Of a stretch of DNA of 64,000 bases, positions 55,915 through 64,000 are shown piece by piece; position 1 is the stretch's first letter; each line of letters begins with the position of its first letter. Source of the DNA: Octopus vulgaris. Its lineage: Eukaryota. Location of the stretch: NCBI GenBank assembly GCA_951406725.2, contig OX597814.1:42966001-43030000 (forward strand), read 5' to 3'. The notes below the pieces were generated by a model. That model did not search any database. It worked only from the letters and a program-made list of their open reading frames with translations, and was not told the origin of the DNA. The translations under genes were made by a program, and so were the position numbers.

Positions 55915-57777
55915 GCTCATACTTTTAAAGGTGGTACTCCAGCATGGCTGCAGTCAAATGATTAAAACAAGCAAAATATTAAAAGAATAAGTAATGATCG
56001 TATTCCAATTTCTTTCGTTTTTCAATGAGTAGTAGATGAGTGACTATCTTTCCATACAGAAACAACACAGGCTACGCTTCCAGTTTTTTTTGTTTTTTTT
56101 TTGGAGAAAGTTTTTAGAAATAAGCCAATAACTTTAGCATTAATTCCCTGAAATACTCACGGGTCCCGCTAGTAACAATTAATTCTAATACAATTATATA
56201 TGTGTTAATTATATAAATGTACGTGTTTATAAATTAAGGATCATCAGGTTCACTTTCCTTTAAAGGAAGGGTTGCTTACTTATACAAATCGTTTGGTTTT
56301 CATTTACTTCATTTACGTAAAATTTATAATAGAAACTGATATTTAAAATATTTCTAATATTTGATCCATGTTTAAATGTCTAAAATTTTAATTCAGTAAT
56401 TAGTAATTTTAATTATCAGCAGCCCGTTTTTGGTTAAATTTATCAAAAAATTCCAATATTCAAGAACATATGCAATCTCTATAGAAATGTAAGAGTATGA
56501 CAGAGATTTAATATTTTGGTATTTTATCATATCATGGTCTATATTAAGACCACTTTGACCAAGTTCTATCTATGATATGAAACCATGTTATCTTTGAAAT
56601 CCTCGAGCAAATGAAAACGACAATTGATGTTATATTTATAAACCAGTCTAAGTAGTCTCATGCATCATTTAAATTCACATCATGATGCTTATAAGGTATT
56701 AGTTACACTAGCGTAAACCAGCATCTTTTTTATTTACACTCACAGGATGATGTGAGCTCAATACAGCAAATCTAAGAAAGATATATGTGTTTTACCTCAG
56801 ATACTGTGCGCATCTTGGGGTACCTGTAAACTTCTATACACACTATGCTATTTCCCTTAGAAATATATTATCACACCGAATGCTTAAAGCAATTACTACT
56901 TGCATATTTGAGTTATTCTGTTGATTCTAAATATTGCGAACGCTTCTCCAGTAACAATTTCCTATTTGAAACAAAAGGAAGAATTACATTCGGTTCCGTG
57001 GAGAATTATAGTTCAATATAATGTCTGTCAACATCATTCGTGTTCTAAAAAATTACAACACATATTAGGTTCAAATTTATATCCATGTCAAGTATATTCG
57101 GGCGTAATTCTTTACTTTCCCTATGAAACTAAAAAAATAAAGCATGTGAGTATTTCCTTTCCACATATGTCAAAACATTGTTACATATCCTAATTTCTGA
57201 AAGCTGTCATATTCTTAGCTGTCAGCTAATGATACATCCAGCATGACGTATGATTCACACTATTCTTAATTCTAAGATCAAAATAGAGATTATAATACAA
57301 CAGAAAAGATAATTTCGCAACCACGAAAGCTAAGAATATAGTAAATAGAGAATAGGAAATTTAGAATTTCAAATCCATACAAAATAAATGAGGAAATATA
57401 AATATATATTAAAATGCCTAAATGCACTGGAAAAAATACATTACAAACAGATCAAAGACTTCGCACATTTCCTCGAGTTTTCTATAGTGTATTAACACAC
57501 TCTTTTGCACGCACACACATTCGATCGCGTACCCTCGGGTGGGCACACACTCATACACAGAAATTCCCCCTACGCTTAGCCAATAGAGACATACATCTTG
57601 CACACATTCATAAATGGATATAGATGTTCATAATATATAGAGAGAGACAGAGAAAGAGTGAGAGAAAGAGAGAGATAGAGAGAGAGCGTGTGTGTATGCG
57701 ATGCGCGTGCGCAAGTGTGTATATAAAAGTGTGCACATGTCCAATTGTACATGAATATATATACATATATATATATC

Positions 57778-57823
<46 letters not shown>

Positions 57824-59354
57824 TATATAAACACACATAAATGCGTTTATACACACTCATACACATCTATCTATATGTGTGTTTGTGCGTGTGTGCATGC
57901 TATAGCTGACTGTGCGATATATATTGTTTCAACGAGGAGTGTACATTCTATGTGTAATATAATATGTTGGGAAACAATGTTATAATATCCAGATATTCAG
58001 AGATTTGACTAAATAATGGTTTATCTGGAATATAATGTAAACTAAGTGCAAGGTTTCTCACCAAGTAATTCTATTGTCGTCTGCAATATAGAGTGAATAT
58101 AAAGCAAATAAAACTCACCTTTCTTTTCATCCGAATTCTAACCAGCCAATGAAGTTTACATTATTCCATTAAATCTGCTTTCTCCGCTGTCAGCTAACTT
58201 GAGTGGTTTAACTTCCTGAAATTTGTCTTAAGATCATATGTAGTATGTTAAGTGCATTTCCCTATGTTTCCAGCCCATCTCTATTTCCTAACACTTCATG
58301 TATGTTGTAAGAATGCGAATGACATGTCAAGAACTAGTATATAAAAGAGGCTAACTGATAGATAAGTAAATAAATATATAAATTGATGTCGAGTGATTTT
58401 TATCTCCACAAGTAACTTTTGAATTTTATCGCAGTATAGAATAAACTGAATGAAGTTTTGTCAATATTTCTTAGTTAACTGTAAAACGTTGGTTCGCGTA
58501 AATTTGGTTTTCCCTGTAGCAAGAAACGCATCAATTGTAATAGCGAATGATAACTAAATATTATGATATTGCTTATAACTACTTCTAATGTTCATTATTA
58601 TCTTCGTATAATTTTATAACTGTGTGAAAAAGATTACAATGTCAATAAAATAAATACACAAAATCAGTATTGAACATTTCATGGACAAAGGCTCTTAGCT
58701 GAACATAGAGTTTTTAATATTACGTTTCTTCTAAAGTTAACCAACAGCTAAATTTTCAAATCAACTCCTGCTTTGCTTCAACTGCAAGATTTTGCAATTC
58801 ATTCCAACAAGTATCAAATACAATATACGGTGTCAAAGTGTTAGTCAGGCAGTATAACATACCATGGTAAGGTGGCAAGCTAGGAGAATCATTTCCGCGC
58901 TTGATGAGAAGCTTATTGACATTTCGGTTCAACATATAACTCCAGTCCATGAGTCCATGCAAAGAAAATAATACTACAAAGTCATGTTCATATATAAGGG
59001 AAGCAACAAATTTCGCACTTAACTAAAGATTGACATCAATGGGTGTTTAACCTCTACAAATAGACCACTAATTGTATTGACCCCAGCGACACTCAAGTAC
59101 ATAAAGTAAAAAGCGAATAAGATATACAACTGCCACAGTGCATTTTGGCCGACAATCTCTGTGAAACTATTTATTATTTAGAGTTCGAAATCGAAACTGA
59201 ACACGAGTATTTTCTGCAAACAGGGCAATATCATCTATAAATTACAGAGCAGAATAATTTAGAGAAAAACCGACGTATAGAAAGATGCGTACGAAACACC
59301 AGGAATTGCTTTTGAATGCATACACAGCCGAAGAGTTATAGAAAGCTTAAACTG

Positions 59355-59570
59355 GAAAGCGGCGAGCTGGCAGAAACTGGAGCACGCCGCGCGAAATGGT
59401 TAGCTGTATTTCGTCTGTCTTTACGTTCTGAGTTAAAATTCCGCCGAGATCGCCTTTGCCTTTTATCCTTTCGGGGTCGATAAATTAATTACTATTTACA
59501 TACTGGGGTCGATCTAATCGACTGGCTCTCTCCTCAAAAATTTCGGGCCTTTTGACTCGAGTAGAAAAGA
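59355..59570 (+). mobile_element. tRNA-derived SINE (second family)
   Basis: GGCGAGCTGGCAGAAA...TTCTGAGTTAAAATTCCGCCGAGATCGCCTTTGCCTTTTATCCTTTCGGGGTCGATAAA...CTGGGGTCGAT; several homologous fragments elsewhere in the window. Confidence 0.75.
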
Positions 59571-61189
59571 AAGATCAAATTGGAAGGAAACAGGTTGAGG
59601 TATAGCGGTTATTGATTATTGGTAAGTTAATAGAAATAAAGAAAAGAAGATTACGATTTTATCTGGAGAGAATTATGAAATTTTTCGTACGGATGTGAGA
59701 AGACGTAGTGAATATTTATTTAGTAGAGCACAAAGGAGGAAATTGGGATATTAGGGGGAAATGATTTTGTTGAAAGCGCTATACAGTGTTCTTCATAAAC
59801 AGAAATGAGAAGAGAAGCGATTAGGGGTGAGGATTTTATTTGTTTATAATGTTACTGAAGAAAGAGTTGACATGAATTAGCACCGAGGATAATTTTGATC
59901 ATAGCATTGAGAAATAAACATGACTGTTCACCCAATGTAGAATATGCCTCTCTATACATGGGACTATACATAATATTATAATTGAACGAAAATGTATGTA
60001 ATTAAATGTATATAAATCTATAGACATGATAATATTTCTTCAATAAATAACTTTAGCTTTTTACCAGCGTTTTGCATGTAGAGAAACAAAAGAATCGACT
60101 GATAATCCTACAAATATTCCTTTACAAACCAGCAGGTAAATAAAACCCACCGAACTGCTATAGTAAAGAAAACAAATTTATTCTGTAATTGGAGTGGCAT
60201 ACAAATTTGATGCCAAAGATAATATTTGTACCGACTTCAATAACGAAATTAGCAGCTGGATCTCCGTCGGTTACGAGGATGTGTGTTGCAGCTGAGTAGA
60301 AAACATAAGCATGTATATACTTAACGGAGTTCTCGGCGAGATTCAGCGTGACACATAATGTAGTCCTTTGGTTCACTAGTACAACGTATTTTCCTAGCTG
60401 GGTACCCTGGAGCAACGTAAAATAAAGTGACTTGCTCATGGACACAAAGCGCTGACTTCATGATCGTGAGCTGAATTTCTTAAAAGTAAGTTACGTGCCT
60501 TCACACCTAATGAGATTAGCTAGATCGTGATTTTACCACTTCTACTGCTGCTTTGGGACATACGGCAGCAAAACTCAAATTTAGTTGATTATGTTGTGTA
60601 GTAGATGAAAAATGATCTCGTTTGTATTTGAGGTGAGAACAGGAAAATGGTAACAAAATATGTTTGTATAGTTCTAGTATAGAAGAAGAACACTAAAGTT
60701 ACGGAAATAATATATAGGGGTACAGAACTTTATATAACACTAGGTAACAATCCAAGTTAAAATGAAGAAATATGATTTGATATCAATGCTATGAAGCAAA
60801 AACAATGGCGAAAATGTTGAAAGATAATTGGGAAACCAATGTGCAGAACTACTTATTTACAATAAATATCATTTCTTGATATAATTAATAATATATAGAT
60901 GTTTGCAGTAACTGGTCATGTTGAAACGTAAAAATAAAATAAATCAAAACACTGATCCACAACAAGAAGAACATCAAATACAAATAATAACGTACACATT
61001 ATTTTCGTGTTGACAAAGAAATTATGACTTGTAATATGCAATACGAACGGAAATAGCCTGCACAACATTCTGCCCTACGACAAAAAAATTAATTCTTGAA
61101 TCGAATGTTGACATGTGCCGGATATGTCATGTGAAGCGTCAAATATAAAACAGAAAATCCATCAGTGGGATGTTCAAGTACCAATCTTT

Positions 61190-61562
61190 TATCTTTTATC
61201 TTTTACTGGTTTCATTCATGTAACTGCAGCAATGCTAGGTCACCGCCTTGAAGGTTTTTAGTCGACCTAATGTATCCCAAGTCTTTTCTTTCGTTTTAAA
61301 TCTTATTCTATCGGTCTCTTTTGCCAAACAGCTAAGGTACTGAGACATAAATACACGAACACCGGTTGTCATGTGGTGGTGGGGGAAAGCACAGGTAGAA
61401 AGACACACATTCAGTGATATATACATATATATACAAGAAGATTCTTTTAGTTTCGGTCCACGAAAGCCATTCACAAAACATTAGTCCGCCTTGAAACTCT
61501 TTTCCAAGTTGCCAAGCAGTGTCACTGGACCCAGAACCATGAGGTTGAGAAGCAAGCTTCTT
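61190..61562 (-). mobile_element. Diverged copy of the 11385-11800 SINE
   Basis: CTGCAGCAATGCTAGGTCACCGCC, ATCGGTCTCTTTTGCC and CAAGTTGCCAAGCAGTGTCACTGGACCCAGAACC are collinear with the 11385 copy. Confidence 0.75.
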
Positions 61563-64000
61563 TCATATGGATTTGCCATACAGGCATTACAGAGAGGGGA
61601 CAGAGATAAACATAAAGGGTGAAAGAACCGTTATTCTTCGGTTGAAATTAATTTCAAAAGTAAATTACTCAAATTAAATAGTTTCCCACAAACATAAGAA
61701 ATAAAATTTTTTTCTCTTGAAGCGGACAGCAGTTCACTAACAATATTCAAATCCCACCAACATTAGTGTGAGGGCCACAAAAATTTGTCCAAAAAGACTA
61801 TACACAGTTTGACAAAATAACGATCATAAAAATGCCACAATGGCCAACAAATACTAGTCAACAATTCCTTCTCCTTTAGTTATTCCCCTGAAAAACCGGG
61901 AAATAATTCAACAATGTTCAACAATAAACTTTAACGTTCAATAAATAATAATGAAAAATCCAAACGGTAATCCAACGTTTTCAACAACAGCAAAAATGCT
62001 TACCAGCAGCGAAAAGAACACGCCCGACAAAAATGAAAGGTACTTAGGAAATTATTAAAGCTATATAAATTACACTTATAAAATATGATCTTCTTATGTT
62101 ATAGAACACAAACTAACATGTGGAAAGATGCTTTCCACATTAATAACAACATTATTCAAGTTAAAAGAGTATCTGCAGCAATACATATGTCTACACATGC
62201 GACTATGCTATGCTGTACATTAAAAAAAAACACAATAAAATACCTGATATATATTTATTATATTAAATTGAGATGAGTTGAATGAGATTCTTGAAGCTTT
62301 TTATACACTACGCTACGTTACATTTTATGATTAAGAAACACAAAAATATTTACAATTCTGAGAGAATGATAAGCGACAATTGCCTGAAATATGACTTTAA
62401 GGGAAATAGTGTCAAACGACAGAGTGGTAGAGGACTATGGTAGAAAATATCTAATTGTCTCGTAACATTTTTACAAATCGCAGAACAGAAACTAGATTAT
62501 TTTCCATATAGAATAAACTGCTGCAGATTTATTATTAAATACACCTGTCAAACTCTACAGTTTTTCAAAATGCCAACTAGTTTCCTCTGGAGAATTTCTT
62601 TTCTGAAGGATAACAATAAATATAAATGAAAATGTTACATACACCTAAGAATAAATATATGTATGTGTTTTTGTGTTGATGTATATATGTATATATAGAT
62701 ATATATATACATACATATACATACATATAAATGTGTATGTAAACGTGTATGTGAGTGTTTAGTTTATGTCACACACCTGCACACACATATACACTCGCAT
62801 ATACACATTCATACACACATATATATGTATGTAGATACGCATGTCTATATATATAATTATTTCTGTTCACCTGAGAATGGAACACCCTCAAGGATTCTAT
62901 TTACCAGAACTCTTTTTCGTTATGACTCTAGAGAATATTATCTTCCCACATTACCATTCTCAATTCCCTCTTGGTCACAGTAAAACGGAACATAGACTTT
63001 TATCTTAGCTTTAGTTATTGATTATCAGATTATACCGTAATCTTCTTACATGCTGTCAAATTGTACTTTTATTTCACTGCTTAGGTTTCATTTAGACGCC
63101 GAGTGTATATTTGTTTCAAGTGACGAACGAATACCTCTGATTTAATTATGGACATGTTAGTGTTATTTAAACTTGCTTAAAATAAATAAAGATAAGTACC
63201 TTCAGAATATAAAAGTTTATACTATTTTAATCGCATAAGCTCGCACATTCTGTAGCTTGCATTAATCTAACAGTGTCACAAAGAAAGAAATAAACATAAA
63301 TATACAAAGGAGTTTCAGGTAAAATAAAATATACTCTCCAAAAGAACAAGACAATGCATTCTAAGCTCCATATCACAAGACATTCATAAACAGTAACTAG
63401 ATATGATCACTTATCTTAATATTTTATTTTAATTCGAATTCGAAAACTGTTCTGTTGTGGAAACTAATTGAAAAGAAAACATGCAAAACGGGCACACAAC
63501 ATCTATATTTGAGATATTACATTATATAATATGCATAACAATATATACGTACACAAACAGAGACAATATCAACAGAACATAATATTATCTACGACAATGA
63601 ACACTTTTAAAGTATTCATCAATGAATTCTGGAAATTTTGTGAATCTTTGTTGAACTTAATATTATGAAGACTATAAATATTCTTTTGTATGATCGAGAC
63701 ACAGACTTCACATAAATGTAAAAAAGATTTTGCTGCACTTCAATATGTTTTTCCTCTTAGTGTAGAAAGTGCGACAAATCTGATCGTGCAACTCTCATCA
63801 AATATACTCCATTCGCAACCAATGCCTTTTCTATTTACACGGTTTAGAAACATATGGATATTGTTTCTTTAATACAGATACGAAACCGTAAATATACATG
63901 TGTTGGAAGAGTATATATATATTGATATATATATATATATATATAGATATATAATATACACAGACACACACATATCCACGTAGATGTCAGGATTCCATAC

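Overview
Eukaryotic, AT-rich, microsatellite-dense DNA with no recognisable host protein-coding gene. It is most likely cephalopod (Octopus-like); this is inferred from the SINE types, the (TA)n/(GATA)n density and an 18S fragment with a long V4 expansion. Almost all short ORFs in the track are microsatellite artefacts. The window holds a GC-rich orphan rDNA piece (spacer-like subrepeats plus a decayed partial 18S) and a near full-length CR1-group LINE with a CCCH-zinc-finger ORF1 and an in-place inverted RT segment. It also holds Helitron, mariner, DD37D/maT-like, possible piggyBac, Tx1/L1 and second CR1-group remnants, three Penelope-like element (PLE) fragments, many tRNA-derived SINEs and a 1.6-kb tandem duplication. 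The most notable signal is a set of type I hammerhead-ribozyme (HHR) motifs of several unrelated sequence types. They lie in short non-coding inserts within or beside (TA)n tracts, and one sits in a nested fold-back (A-B-A'-X-B') element, which suggests non-autonomous PLE/retrozyme-like elements. All family assignments are by eye from motifs; no database search or folding program was run.
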